Notes: a model not told the origin generated them from the letters alone. A stretch of DNA of 46,482 nt from Candidatus Krumholzibacteriales bacterium (GCA_046483305.1 JAWODM010000042.1:1-46482); one strand, 5' to 3'; shown: positions 20,268-30,111, numbered from the stretch's first letter. Translations and numbers: made by a program.

Positions 20268-20918
20268 TCAGATCTTCAGAATTCTCGCATTGATCGCCAC
20301 TATTACGGTGCTCAGCGACATCAGCGCCGCTCCCACTGCCGGGCTCAGCAGTATTCCGTAGCTGTAGAGGGCCCCCGCCGCCAGCGGGATTGCAAATGCG
20401 TTGTATCCGGTGGCCCAGATCAGGTTCTGAACCATTTTACGGTAAGTAGCAGCGGAAAGGTCCAGTATGGAAACCGCGTCCATGGGATCATTCCGTACCA
20501 GTATCACGTCGGCGGTCTCGGCGGCAACATCAGTGCCCGCCCCGATGGCGATACCCAGGTCCGCTCTGGCCAGGGCGGGGGCGTCGTTCACCCCGTCGCC
20601 GCACATCGCTACCTTAATACCCCGCTTCTGGATAGACTTTATGGTCTCCGCCTTATCCTGGGGCAGCACCTCCGCGAAGTAATCGTCCAGCCCAAGCTCT
20701 TCGGCCACCCACCTGGCTACCTCCTCCGGGTCGCCGGTAAGCATCATGGTCCGGATGCCCCTCTCCCTGAGTTTATCGATTGCTTCTCTTGAAGATTCCC
20801 TGATAACATCCTGCAGCAGAATCACCCCTGCTGGCTCATCGTCAATCAGAATATAAGCGGCTGTCCTGCCCCTGTCTTCCTTTTCCTCAGAATGGTTATG
20901 CTTATTCTTCTCCGGCAT
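20268..20918 (-). pseudogene. Internally deleted heavy-metal P1B ATPase (CopB-like): short His-containing N-terminus joined to the C-terminal P-domain and last TM helices
   Basis: Keeps MLTGD, EVLPQDK, GDGVNDAPAL, WATGYN, LMSLST. Lacks TGES, CPx, DKTGT and the first TM helices. AGGAG RBS present. Confidence 0.8.
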
Positions 20919-20948
20919 TTCTCCTGTCCTTTCCTTCCAGGCCCTCTC

Positions 20949-21470
20949 TCAGCCTTCAGCTACAGCATCGATGACAGACCTGCAGAAAGCCGGCAGGTCG
21001 CCCGGCATCCGGGAAGTTATGATATTCCCGTCGCGCGCCACTTCCCGGTCCACCCAGTTCGCTCCGGCATGCACCAGGTCATCCCTGATGGAGAAGAACG
21101 AGGTAACCTCTTTCCCTTCGATTATTTCCGCGGAGGCCAGCATCCAGGGACCGTGGCAGATAGCCGCTATTATACCTCCTCCGGAATCGACCTTCCGAAC
21201 GAAATCGATCATCTCCCCGGAGCGCCGCATATGGTCGGGGGCGTACCCTCCCGGTATAATCAGGGCGTCATAATCCCCGGGCCCGGCTTCCTCTATACCC
21301 ATATCCGCCCGGCCGCCGAGGCCGTGCTTGCCCCGGTATTCGGCGGCTTCCGGTCCTATGGAGTCAACCCCGGCTCCGGCTTCCTTCATTCTGAGGACCG
21401 GGTACCAGAATTCAAGGTCCTCGTACAGCTCCGCTATGAAAACCGCAATTTTCCTGTCCTTTAATTCCAT
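20949..21470 (-). CDS. pfpI: PfpI/DJ-1 family protein (type 1 glutamine amidotransferase-like)
   Basis: YEDLE, ALIIPGG, AAICHGP, DGNIITSR. Start reassigned to ATG 21470. Confidence 0.92.
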   Translation of the reverse strand: MELKDRKIAVFIAELYEDLEFWYPVLRMKEAGAGVDSIGPEAAEYRGKHGLGGRADMGIEEAGPGDYDALIIPGGYAPDHMRRSGEMIDFVRKVDSGGGIIAAICHGPWMLASAEIIEGKEVTSFFSIRDDLVHAGANWVDREVARDGNIITSRMPGDLPAFCRSVIDAVAEG

Positions 21471-21577
21471 TGCAATCCCTTTCGCCTGACGTTCCATTTT
21501 ACCATCCGTCATCCAGGCCGTTAACAATAAAAAATTGCCCTGTAATGAGTTATTTAACACATAGTGAGGCCGGCGGT

Positions 21578-21615
21578 AAAAGGCCTGAGTTTACTATTTA
21601 CTGACCTTTTTCACT
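21578..21615 (-). promoter_or_regulatory. Regulon box copy, upstream of the pfpI/copB-remnant/DUF72/UPF0182/ATPase operon
   Basis: Minus strand AGTGAA-AAAGG-TCAGTAAATAGTA-AACTCAGG-CCTTTT; 21 of 22 nt identical to 29994-30015. Confidence 0.7.
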
Positions 21616-21646
21616 TTCCCGGCGGAAAAACGGGCCGGACTGCCGG

Positions 21647-21684
21647 GTAGAAACAAATCATTATTTGGTGGATTCTGTCTATTG
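21647..21684 (+). promoter_or_regulatory. Regulon box copy, upstream of the small ORFs/pfkB operon
   Basis: GTAGAA-ACAAA-TCATTATTTGGTG-GATTCTGT-CTATTG; -35 TTGAAC, 17-nt spacer ending TGG, GAACAT. Confidence 0.6.
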
Positions 21685-21756
21685 AACGATAAGGCGATAA
21701 TTGGGAACATCTTACATGAGTTGCAATTGTGGGAAAAACGAAGGGGGTGGAAATTC

Positions 21757-21921
21757 ATGAGAGTTCCCGGAAAAGGAAATAATAACAGGAGAGGGCAGGG
21801 CGATCCCCCTGAAAAACCCCCTCCGCCACACCGGCCTTCACCCCCTCCGAAACCGACCAAACCGGGCAGAGAGCCAAGAAAACCCGGAGATCCGCCGGAA
21901 ACTCCGCCCAGGAGCCGGTAA
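21757..21921 (+). CDS. Putative 54-aa proline-rich basic peptide
   Basis: AGGGGGTG RBS then ATG; MRVPGKGNNNRRGQGDPPEKPPPPHRPSPPPKPTKPGREPRKPGDPPETPPRSR. Confidence 0.5.
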   Translation: MRVPGKGNNNRRGQGDPPEKPPPPHRPSPPPKPTKPGREPRKPGDPPETPPRSR

Positions 21922-21950
21922 GCCGGGACAAAGAGAAGGGATAAAAAGAT

Positions 21951-22109
21951 ATGTTTCTTATAGATATTATTTTCGCGGCAGCCGGGGAGGCAGGAGCCGG
22001 CGAGGACAAATCCGGTTTCGACGCCGCATACTACCGGTTTTTCTGGGCATTCATAACACTTCTTCTGATACTGATTATCCAGGGTTACACCCCGGTTCAG
22101 CGGGGATGA
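21951..22109 (+). CDS. Putative 52-aa small membrane protein (not in the ORF track)
   Basis: AAGGGA RBS; MFLIDIIFAAAGEAGAGEDKSGFDAAYYRFFWAFITLLLILIIQGYTPVQRG; stop lies 6 nt before pfkB. Confidence 0.5.
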   Translation: MFLIDIIFAAAGEAGAGEDKSGFDAAYYRFFWAFITLLLILIIQGYTPVQRG

Positions 22110-22115
22110 GCGGAT

Positions 22116-23042
22116 ATGAATAAGATAATCACATTAACAGTAAACCCTTCTGTGGACATGAACGCCGAAATCGATCATGTAGTCGCAGAGCGCAAGCTCA
22201 GATGCAGAAACCCGGTGCGGGAACCGGGCGGAGGAGGGCTGAATGTCTCCAGGGCTCTGAATAACATGGAAGCCGCATCTTCGGCCATCTATCCGGCTGG
22301 CGGAGAGATGGGCAATCTGCTCAGCAGCCTGCTGGATAAGGAAGATATTGACCATTATCCGGTATCTATAGGCGGCGAAACCCGAGAAAATATCAATATC
22401 CAGGAGAAAAGAACCGGCAGGCAATTCCGCTTCGTGATGCCGGGCCCGGAGCTCCATGAGAAGGAGTGGCGGGAATGTATAGACACTGTAAGACGGATGG
22501 AACCTTCCGGCGCATTGGTTGTAGCCAGCGGATCACTTCCTCCCGGAGTACCCGGAGATTTTTACGCCATACTTGCCCGCGCTGTAAAAGAAGCTGAAGG
22601 CCGTTTGATACTCGACGCCCCCGGGGAAGAACTGGACGCGGCTCTGGAGGAGGGGGTTTTTCTGATCAAACCCAACCGCCGGGAGTTCCGCCACCTGGCT
22701 TCCCGTGAAATAGACAGCGCAAGGGATCAGAAGGAAGCCGCCGGAGAGATTGTAAAAAAGGGGATGGCAGAGATCGTGGTAGTGTCGCTGGGAGCGGCCG
22801 GGGCTGTTGCCGCAACCGCCAGCGGAAGCTTCAGGTACCACTCGCCCCCGGTACCGCTGGAGAGCAAGGTGGGAGCCGGCGACAGTATGATGGCCGGAAT
22901 AGTCTACGGACTATCCAATGATTACCGGACGGAGGACGCTGTCCGCCTGGGAATAGCGGCGGGAGCTGCCGCCGTGATGACCCCGGGTACGGAGCTTTGC
23001 AGGGGGAAGGATGTCTTCAGAATCTATGAGAAGATGAAATAA
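22116..23042 (+). CDS. pfkB: 1-phosphofructokinase-family hexose kinase (PfkB)
   Basis: TLTVNPSVD, PGGGGLNVSR, SGSLPPG, IKPNRRE, VGAGDSM. Confidence 0.92.
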   Translation: MNKIITLTVNPSVDMNAEIDHVVAERKLRCRNPVREPGGGGLNVSRALNNMEAASSAIYPAGGEMGNLLSSLLDKEDIDHYPVSIGGETRENINIQEKRTGRQFRFVMPGPELHEKEWRECIDTVRRMEPSGALVVASGSLPPGVPGDFYAILARAVKEAEGRLILDAPGEELDAALEEGVFLIKPNRREFRHLASREIDSARDQKEAAGEIVKKGMAEIVVVSLGAAGAVAATASGSFRYHSPPVPLESKVGAGDSMMAGIVYGLSNDYRTEDAVRLGIAAGAAAVMTPGTELCRGKDVFRIYEKMK

Positions 23043-23107
23043 TGAAAACGGCTGTTAATAACGGCAGAACAGATGATGACTGTTCGTTCAGAACAAAAGG
23101 AGAAAAA

Positions 23108-23683
23108 ATGTCATTACAGAAAGCAGCGGCAGTAATTGCGGCGGTATTTATTCTGACGGGATCCTGTTCCGAGCAGGGCACAGAGAAGAAGGCGCCCTCC
23201 GAGCGCGGGGCGGAGAAGGAAGTGTCCGGAGAACAGCGGGAGGCGCAGGTTCTGGTAACCCGGCTCCCGGACAGTCTCAAGGACGACGATCTTCATATCG
23301 CCTTCGTATATGCCGAGGAGAGGATCTGGGAGCCTTCACTGGCAGTTGCCATCGACCCGCCGCCTGAAGGCAACTACGCAGGACTGGACAGCTTCTTTGT
23401 GGTGGTAAACAGTAATAACGCGAAGAAACAGTACCCGGTTGCCGAGATAGGGCCGCCCCGGCCCGATTATGACGGCAAATGGAGAACATTCACGGTTATC
23501 TGGAAAGAAAAAGGATTCCTGGCTTATGATACTGTGCCGGTAATGGAATCATATCACGACATCCTGGTCCAGCACGGACTGGGGCATATAATAATCGAGC
23601 CGGGATCTCCCAGGGGAGGGCCGCCGGAATTCTTCTCCTCTCATCTTACCCCACTGGAAGCTGCAGATGTCATCAGGGAGTAG
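23108..23683 (+). CDS. Hypothetical lipoprotein
   Basis: ATG 23108 with AAAGGAG RBS; signal peptide ending ILTGSC. Confidence 0.7.
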   Translation: MSLQKAAAVIAAVFILTGSCSEQGTEKKAPSERGAEKEVSGEQREAQVLVTRLPDSLKDDDLHIAFVYAEERIWEPSLAVAIDPPPEGNYAGLDSFFVVVNSNNAKKQYPVAEIGPPRPDYDGKWRTFTVIWKEKGFLAYDTVPVMESYHDILVQHGLGHIIIEPGSPRGGPPEFFSSHLTPLEAADVIRE

Positions 23684-23911
23684 GCGCTCCCCCTGAGGAA
23701 AGCTGCGCGGCGCCGCTGTTTTAATCCTGCTGTTTCTGATTATACGGCCTCCCCGCGCCGCCCGGCACTTCGGCAGAAACAAGGTCAGGCAGGAGACTTT
23801 CGACTTCAGGATAATCAGGACAGATAATTTCGAACCGTGCTATCATCCTCGAGGAGCGATCCGGATAAACCCGGCCGATTATATCATTACTCATTTTTTC
23901 GCCGCCTGCCT

Positions 23912-23949
23912 GTAGAACTAAGTCATAAAATAGTAGAGCCGTCCAATTG
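23912..23949 (+). promoter_or_regulatory. Regulon box copy, upstream of HPF-CSD
   Basis: GTAGAA-CTAAG-TCATAAAATAGTA-GAGCCGTC-CAATTG; -35 TTGAGG, 17-nt spacer ending TGA, TACCAT (23970-23975). Confidence 0.75.
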
Positions 23950-24072
23950 AGGATCAGGCGATCCGATGATACCATGTAGTTGCAATACCGTACGGCTGAT
24001 AATTCTGAACCGGCCTGCCGCCGCCGTTATCCCGGCCGGAAGGCAGCCAATCAGCAGAGAGGAGATCATCAA

Positions 24073-24651
24073 ATGGAAATACCGATGGAAATATCATTCC
24101 GGGACGTGGAAAAGACCCCCCAACTGGAAGAACTGATCCGCAACTCAGCGGCCGATCTGGAAAAAGTATGCGGTAACCTGATAAGCTGCCGGGTGGCAGT
24201 GGAAAAACCCCAGAAACACCAGAGCAGCGGCAACCCATACCGGGTCAGAATAGATACGCGTGTCCCTCCCGGCCATGAGCTGGTAGTCAGGAAGGAACCG
24301 GCAGACAGCCCCATGCACGAAAGCCTGCACGCAGTTATAATCGACGCTTTCGAGACCGCGAAGCGCCGGCTCAGGAAATTATCCGAACAGATGCGGGAGA
24401 AGCCGGAAAGGCATCCAGGGGGCGGGAATTCCGCCTTTGTGGCCCGTATGAACAGGAATGAAGGGTACGGGTTCATAAGGAGCTTCGACGGGACCGAATA
24501 CTACTTCCACAGGAACAGCGTGCTGGATGAAGGGTTCGACCGGCTGGAGCCCGGCATGGTGGTCAGGTTCTCCCCTGAAACCGGTGAGAAGGGGCCGCAG
24601 GCGAGCACAGTAGAGATAATAGAAGAGCCCGCCGGAGGTTTCGGAGTCTGA
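24073..24651 (+). CDS. HPF/RaiA ribosome-hibernation domain fused to a cold-shock domain
   Basis: MEISFRDV...CRVAVE...YRVRID...AIIDAF..AKRRL, then CSD GYGFI...YFHRNSV...GPQAS; GAGGAG RBS. Confidence 0.9.
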   Translation: MEIPMEISFRDVEKTPQLEELIRNSAADLEKVCGNLISCRVAVEKPQKHQSSGNPYRVRIDTRVPPGHELVVRKEPADSPMHESLHAVIIDAFETAKRRLRKLSEQMREKPERHPGGGNSAFVARMNRNEGYGFIRSFDGTEYYFHRNSVLDEGFDRLEPGMVVRFSPETGEKGPQASTVEIIEEPAGGFGV

Positions 24652-24767
24652 ATCAGGCCTGAATCCGCCCCGCTTAATCCTCCGGGATTGTCACCAGGGC
24701 ATGCAAAGTCTGAGCAACTCTCTGAGGAACAAAGATCACCACTTCTCCCGGATTGATTCTTTCTCTG

Positions 24768-25340
24768 CTACTCTGCTGATGAATCATCCGTCATACGGAC
24801 GGAGCCCTCCCGGTACGGCCGCACCCTGAAACCGAGAACCACAAGAACCACCCCAAAGAGAAGAAAATACGCGGCTACCAGCCACAGCAGGGCGATCACT
24901 GCCCTGGAGGGAATAAAAATCAGAATGAGCCCGAAAATTACCGAAAGTATCCCTCCCGCGGTCAGAAGCCATTCCCCCGCCGCTGTCGCGCTCAGCCTGA
25001 GCCCGGCGATTATCTCCAGAATCCCCGTGGCCAGTGCCCATAGCCCTATGAGAAAGACAAGTACCATCGCCGCGGTCTCCGGCCTGACCAGAGCAAAGAG
25101 CCCTACCAGCAGGCCCAGGACCCCTTCCACGAAAAATATCCACCAGGCGCTTACCCGGCGCCTGTGCGACAGGGATGAGGCGGTGGATACGATCCCGTCC
25201 AGAATAAGGAAAAGGCCGATCAGAATGAACAGGGCCCGGACGGTATGATCCGGCCATAAAAAGGCAAGTACTGCCAGCAGGATGGCCAGGGCTCCCCTCA
25301 AAACCAGAGTCCACCATTTTCTCGAAACCATTATCAGCAT
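24768..25340 (-). CDS. HdeD/DUF308 family membrane protein
   Basis: WWTLVLRGALAI...LWP...DGI...GLWALATGILEI...EWLL. Start reassigned to ATG 25340. Confidence 0.88.
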   Translation of the reverse strand: MLIMVSRKWWTLVLRGALAILLAVLAFLWPDHTVRALFILIGLFLILDGIVSTASSLSHRRRVSAWWIFFVEGVLGLLVGLFALVRPETAAMVLVFLIGLWALATGILEIIAGLRLSATAAGEWLLTAGGILSVIFGLILIFIPSRAVIALLWLVAAYFLLFGVVLVVLGFRVRPYREGSVRMTDDSSAE

Positions 25341-25653
25341 GTTCGAATCCTTTCTGTCTGAAATAAAGTCCAGGCCGGACTGGAGCCGCCCCCGCGGCTT
25401 CCGCGGTTTGGGCTCTTTCACTCTACCCGGCCAGCCGGGAGAGCTTCCCCCGGAATCCACCCATCAATTTCCATAATCCCATATCTCGTATCATGGCTAT
25501 TGTACCCACTGTTCCGGCCTGCTAAAGAATTATTGTATCATCATTGCGGCCAGCCGGGAAGTCCGGTTGTCTATATCCAGGACTTCCTCCGCGTTGAGGC
25601 CGGAAGAATACGGGCCGTCAGGACTTATCGCCGTATCAGTTCTCCGGCAATGT

Positions 25654-27720
25654 TCATTCATTGATCATGGACAGAAAATCCTGTTCATCCAGAATCTCCA
25701 CTCCTTCCTCTTCTGCGTCATCCAGCTTGCTTCCCGGGCCGGAACCGGCAACCAGGTAATCGGTTTTGGAGCTGACGCTGGATGTGGCTCTGCCTCCCAG
25801 CGACTCCACCTTCTTTTTCGCCTCACTCCGGGTAAAACTCTCCAGCTCGCCGGTAAAAACGAAGGTTTTCCCCGCCAGGGGAAGCTCCTTCCGGCCGGTT
25901 TTCATTTCCCGGACCTCTACCCCCGCCTCCGAGAACCGCTCCAGGCTCTTGATATTGCGTTCTTCACGGAAAAAATGGTGAATTGATTCGGCTATCTCGG
26001 GCCCTATCTCGCCTATCTCCTCCAGCCGCTTTTTCCGGGCATCGCGGACATTCTCCAGCGAGCCGAACTCACGCGCCAGCACCCGGGCTATATGCTCGCC
26101 CACATGCCTGATCCCCAATCCATAGAGGAACCGGTCGAGCCGGGGATTCCTGCTGTCCCGGATATTGTTGTAGAGCTTCTCCGCGGACTTTTCGGCAAAA
26201 CCTTCCAGTTCTTTCGGATCATCCTTCTCAAGGCCGTAAAGGTCCGGCAGATCTGAAACCATATCGTTTTCAACCAGCTGCTCCGATACCTTCTCGCCAA
26301 GGGTTTCTACATCCATGGCATCGGGAGAGCCGTAGTGCCGCAGCCGCCCGGCCAGCTGCGCCCTGCATGACAGCCCGGCCGGGCACAGGTAATATGCGCC
26401 CTCCTTTACCACTTCGGCGCCGCAGACCGGGCATTTATCAGGCATCGAAAACGGCCCGGCTCTTTTCCTGCCGGGCTGTTTCACCCTCTCGCTTATCTCC
26501 GGAATAACATCTCCGGCCCGCTCCACCCTTACCCTGTCCCCCGGCCTGACATCCTTTTTCCGAACTTCCGAAGCGTTATGCAGGCTGGCCCTGCTGACTG
26601 TCACCCCGCCCACTTCCACCGGATCCAGCAGAGCTACCGGAGTAAGTATACCGGTGCGTCCAACCGAGAGAACAATCTCTCTGAGAGTAGTGACTTCCTT
26701 CTCGGGAGGGAACTTCCATGCCATGGAGTACCTGGGCGACCTCTCCCTGACTCCTATCTCCTCTCTCAGATCAAGGTCGTCCAGTTTGATGACCACCCCG
26801 TCGATCTCAAAATCCAGCTGGTCCCGCTTATCCATCATCGATTCCCGGTAATCCCGTATATCCTCCATCCCGCCGGCTTTCCGGAAATGTTCATTTACCA
26901 GGAACCCCCATTCCCGCAGCGCCTCCAGAATCCCGCTGTGGGTCTGCGGGCTCTCTCCCTCGATCTTCAGTATATCGTAATAAAAAACCTGGAGCGGCCT
27001 GCCTGCCACCCTGCCGGAGTCGAGCTGCCGCATGGTTCCCGCCGCCGCGTTGCGGGGATTGGCAAAAGGGTCCTGCCCCTTCTCCACTCTTTCTCTGTTC
27101 ATCTTCTGGAAACCCTCTCTGGACATCAGAACCTCGCCCCGGACCGCCAGAAATTCGGGAACCTCTCTCTTCCTGTCTCTAAGGCGCATCGGGACCGTGC
27201 CGATGGTTTTAAGATTCTCGGATATATCTTCTCCGGTCTCCCCGTTACCGCGGGTTGCCCCGTGGTCGAATTTCCCGTCCCGGTATACTATTTCCACCGA
27301 CAGGCCGTCGAACTTGGGCTCCAGTACATATCTGGCTTCACGGTCTCCGCTTTTCCTTTCAATGAAATCCAGAAAATTCTTTATCTCTTTCTCCTCCAGG
27401 GATGAATTCAGGCTCAGCATCGCTTCGGTGTGATCGACCTTTTCCAGAGAATCTACCGGCTCGGCGCCCACTCTTCCGGTGGGGGATTCCGGGGTTTTCA
27501 GACCGGGGTATTCCTGCTCGATCTCCTCCAGCCTGTGGAAGAGCTTATCGTACGCGGCGTCTGATATAACCGGCCTGTTCCTGACATAATAGCGGTAATT
27601 GTGATATTCCAGCGCCTCCCGGAGCTGCTCCGCCTGCTCTCCGGCCTCTTCTCTGGAAAGCTCTTCAACATCTTCAAAGCCGGTATCAGGCTTTTTCATG
27701 TAAGGGTTTTTCTCGGACAT
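25654..27720 (-). CDS. ligA: NAD-dependent DNA ligase
   Basis: EPKFDG, ATRGNGETGED, NPRNAAAG, DGVVIK, C4 zinc finger, HhH, BRCT (FVFTG...GSKL). Confidence 0.97.
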   Translation of the reverse strand: MSEKNPYMKKPDTGFEDVEELSREEAGEQAEQLREALEYHNYRYYVRNRPVISDAAYDKLFHRLEEIEQEYPGLKTPESPTGRVGAEPVDSLEKVDHTEAMLSLNSSLEEKEIKNFLDFIERKSGDREARYVLEPKFDGLSVEIVYRDGKFDHGATRGNGETGEDISENLKTIGTVPMRLRDRKREVPEFLAVRGEVLMSREGFQKMNRERVEKGQDPFANPRNAAAGTMRQLDSGRVAGRPLQVFYYDILKIEGESPQTHSGILEALREWGFLVNEHFRKAGGMEDIRDYRESMMDKRDQLDFEIDGVVIKLDDLDLREEIGVRERSPRYSMAWKFPPEKEVTTLREIVLSVGRTGILTPVALLDPVEVGGVTVSRASLHNASEVRKKDVRPGDRVRVERAGDVIPEISERVKQPGRKRAGPFSMPDKCPVCGAEVVKEGAYYLCPAGLSCRAQLAGRLRHYGSPDAMDVETLGEKVSEQLVENDMVSDLPDLYGLEKDDPKELEGFAEKSAEKLYNNIRDSRNPRLDRFLYGLGIRHVGEHIARVLAREFGSLENVRDARKKRLEEIGEIGPEIAESIHHFFREERNIKSLERFSEAGVEVREMKTGRKELPLAGKTFVFTGELESFTRSEAKKKVESLGGRATSSVSSKTDYLVAGSGPGSKLDDAEEEGVEILDEQDFLSMINE

Positions 27721-27762
27721 AAATAGTATTCCTTCGAAATATATATTCCGGGGGCAACTGAA

Positions 27763-29496
27763 TCATGATTCGCCCTTGAGCAGCTTTTTCAGCTCTTTCC
27801 ATGACCTGGTGTTGAGCAGGCCGTCCGGTTCCAGCCAGGCCCGCCGGGCCTGGTATATTCCATATTTCATATACCCGAGTTCCTGGACCGAGTGCGCGTC
27901 GGTACCGATAGACAGCAGTATGCCCATCTCTCCGGCCTTGCGCGCATGAACTTCGTTCAGGTCCAACCTTTCGGGCTGTGCGTTTATCTCCAGAAAACAG
28001 TTATTCTCAACTGCGCCCTTCAGCAGCTCGTCCATCTCGACCCGGTAGGGATCGCGCTTATTTATCAACCGCCCGGTCGGATGGGCCAGAATATTGAAAT
28101 GCGGATTTTCCATGGCTTTCAGTATCCGCCTGGTCTGTTTCCCGGCGGACAGATCCGTATGATAGTGGACCGCGCACAGGACCAGGTCCAGCCGCTCCAG
28201 TATCCCGTCCGGAAGGTCCAGCGATCCGTCCTTCAGGATATCAACCTCAGCCCCCTTGATTACCCGGAAATCATCATATTCGCTGTTTAACTTATCAATC
28301 TTCTCTATCTGTTTCTCCATCCCTTCGGCATCCAGCCCCCCGGCAACATGAACACGCCTGGTATGTTCGGTGTTGGCAAGGTACTGATACCCCAGGTCCC
28401 TTGCCCTATCGGCCATCTCCTTCAGGGAGGCCTTTCCGTCGGTAGCCCTGGTATGACTCTGAAGGTCCCCCTTGATGTCATCTATAGTTACCAGATGGGG
28501 AAGCGAACCCTCCTTCGCGGCGTCTATCTCCCCGCGGTCTTCCCTGAGTTCCGGGGGTATCAGAGCAAGATCTATCTCCTGATAGACCTGTTTTTCTGTT
28601 TTCCCGGCAACTCTTTCATCTTCCCTGAACACGCCGTACTCATTGATCTTTAGCTCCCTGCCGGCTGCGATTCTGCGGAGCCTGATATTGTGCGGTTTGG
28701 AGCCTGTAAAATATACCAGGGCCGCTCCGTAGCCCACCGCAGGCACTACCCGCAGATCGACCTGGAATCCGGTACGGAGAATGACCGTCGATCTGGACTC
28801 CCCCTTTGAGACAACCTCCTCCACATCTTCATAATTAACGAATTTTTCGATTATATCGCATCCCCTCCGGCAGGTTACCAGTATATCCAGGTCTCCCACC
28901 GTCTCCTTCCGCCTGCGGAAGCTCCCTGCCGCCGCCACTTTCCCGACCTTCTTCTGTTTCTCCAGATAATCCAGCAGGGGGGCGGCGATCTGCTCGGCTT
29001 CGTAGAGGAGGATCCTCCCTCTTTCTCCATCTCCTTCTTCGCGCTTTTCAAGTGAATCGAGGATCTTCTTCTCTGTCTTCTCCCCGAATCCATCCAGTTC
29101 CCTGACCCGGCCCTCTTCTGCCGATTTCTTCAGCTCTTCAAAACTGGCGATACCCAGCTCGCTGTGAAGGGTTTTAACTCTCTTCGGGCCCAGGCCGGGC
29201 AGCTGCATCATCTCGCTGAGAGCCGGGGGGACTTCTTCCTTCAGCTCTTCCAGCTGAGGGAGGGTCCCTTCCTTGACTATGGTCTCTATTTTACCGGCCA
29301 GGTCATCACCTATCCCGGGCAGTTCCGAGAGGTCTTCCTCATCAGCCACCATCTCGGCAACCGGGCGCGAAAGGCCTGAAACAGTCCGGGCAGCCCTCCG
29401 GTAGGCCCGGACCCGGAAGGGGTTCGCTCCCCTGATATCCAGGAGATCGCCGATCATGTTGAAAACCCCGGCTACATCTCTGTTCATAACTGCCAT
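27763..29496 (-). CDS. polX: DNA polymerase X with C-terminal PHP domain
   Basis: NPFRVRAY, AGSFRRRKETVGDLD, YFTGSK, PPELRE; PHP motifs GDLQSH, HPTGR, GTDAH. Confidence 0.96.
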   Translation of the reverse strand: MAVMNRDVAGVFNMIGDLLDIRGANPFRVRAYRRAARTVSGLSRPVAEMVADEEDLSELPGIGDDLAGKIETIVKEGTLPQLEELKEEVPPALSEMMQLPGLGPKRVKTLHSELGIASFEELKKSAEEGRVRELDGFGEKTEKKILDSLEKREEGDGERGRILLYEAEQIAAPLLDYLEKQKKVGKVAAAGSFRRRKETVGDLDILVTCRRGCDIIEKFVNYEDVEEVVSKGESRSTVILRTGFQVDLRVVPAVGYGAALVYFTGSKPHNIRLRRIAAGRELKINEYGVFREDERVAGKTEKQVYQEIDLALIPPELREDRGEIDAAKEGSLPHLVTIDDIKGDLQSHTRATDGKASLKEMADRARDLGYQYLANTEHTRRVHVAGGLDAEGMEKQIEKIDKLNSEYDDFRVIKGAEVDILKDGSLDLPDGILERLDLVLCAVHYHTDLSAGKQTRRILKAMENPHFNILAHPTGRLINKRDPYRVEMDELLKGAVENNCFLEINAQPERLDLNEVHARKAGEMGILLSIGTDAHSVQELGYMKYGIYQARRAWLEPDGLLNTRSWKELKKLLKGES

Positions 29497-29843
29497 AAAC
29501 GCCCGTCTCCTCCGGCCGCCTGGCTGGCAGGCGGCCGCTTAACACAGCTTAAAAGCTTACTCGATCCTGCAGCCGGATGGTGAAGAAGCGCCTTCCCGGC
29601 ATCGTTCTCGATCTCCCGGCCGCTGCGTTCCCAGCAGGGGTCCACCCCGATGTTGTTAATTACGGAGCGGACTCCCCTGACCGCCTGGTCGAAGGCAAAC
29701 TCCTCGGCTATGGCGTTGGAGATATTTCTGCCGGTTACCTTCGGCGCTGAATGAGCCGGCTGCGGATGCATAATACAGAGCGAAACTGTTATCGCCGCAA
29801 GGGCAACCAGGCTCAAAATACTTATTTTACTTAAAGGGTTCGT
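29484..29843 (-). pseudogene. Collapsed remnant of a secreted multi-BON-domain protein
   Basis: AAGGAGG followed by in-frame ACG (29843) instead of ATG. Signal peptide, then a BON start (ISNAIAEEFAFDQAV) joined directly to a BON end (RGVRSVINNIGV) and the start of the next BON. Confidence 0.65.
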
Positions 29844-29987
29844 TATCTTCTCCTCCTTGAAATCCTTTCTGCTGAATCAGGAGTGTATCCCCATCAATAA
29901 TAATGAACAAGGTGACTGTCAGGTTCCTGATCACCTCCTTTCGCAACAACACTCTATATAAATTGAAAGGGAAAAGAGCATTTCAGT

Positions 29988-30025
29988 AAATCCCCTGAGT
30001 TAACTATTTACTGACTTAGTTTTAC
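29988..30025 (-). promoter_or_regulatory. Regulon box copy, upstream of the BON-remnant/polX/ligA operon
   Basis: Minus strand GTAAAA-CTAAG-TCAGTAAATAGTT-AACTCAGG-GGATTT. Confidence 0.72.
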
Positions 30026-30038
30026 TTTCTGCGGGGAC

Positions 30039-30068
30039 TTGACAATTTTCGCCGCAGCGGCATATACT
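30039..30068 (+). promoter_or_regulatory. Sigma70-type promoter
   Basis: TTGACA-N18-TATACT upstream of the kinase. Confidence 0.6.
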
Positions 30069-30111
30069 TAATTGTAACACTATCCTTAACAAACCCCGGA
30101 CAGCGGAAGAG

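Noticed and set aside
23721..23894. 57-aa minus-strand ORF MSNDIIGRV...
   Set aside because: Weak RBS and no recognisable motif; cannot be supported.
25441..25490. Regulon box upstream of hdeD (also sought upstream of fpg, DUF427 and 40560)
   Set aside because: Only isolated hexamer matches without the TCAG core at the right spacing; not counted.
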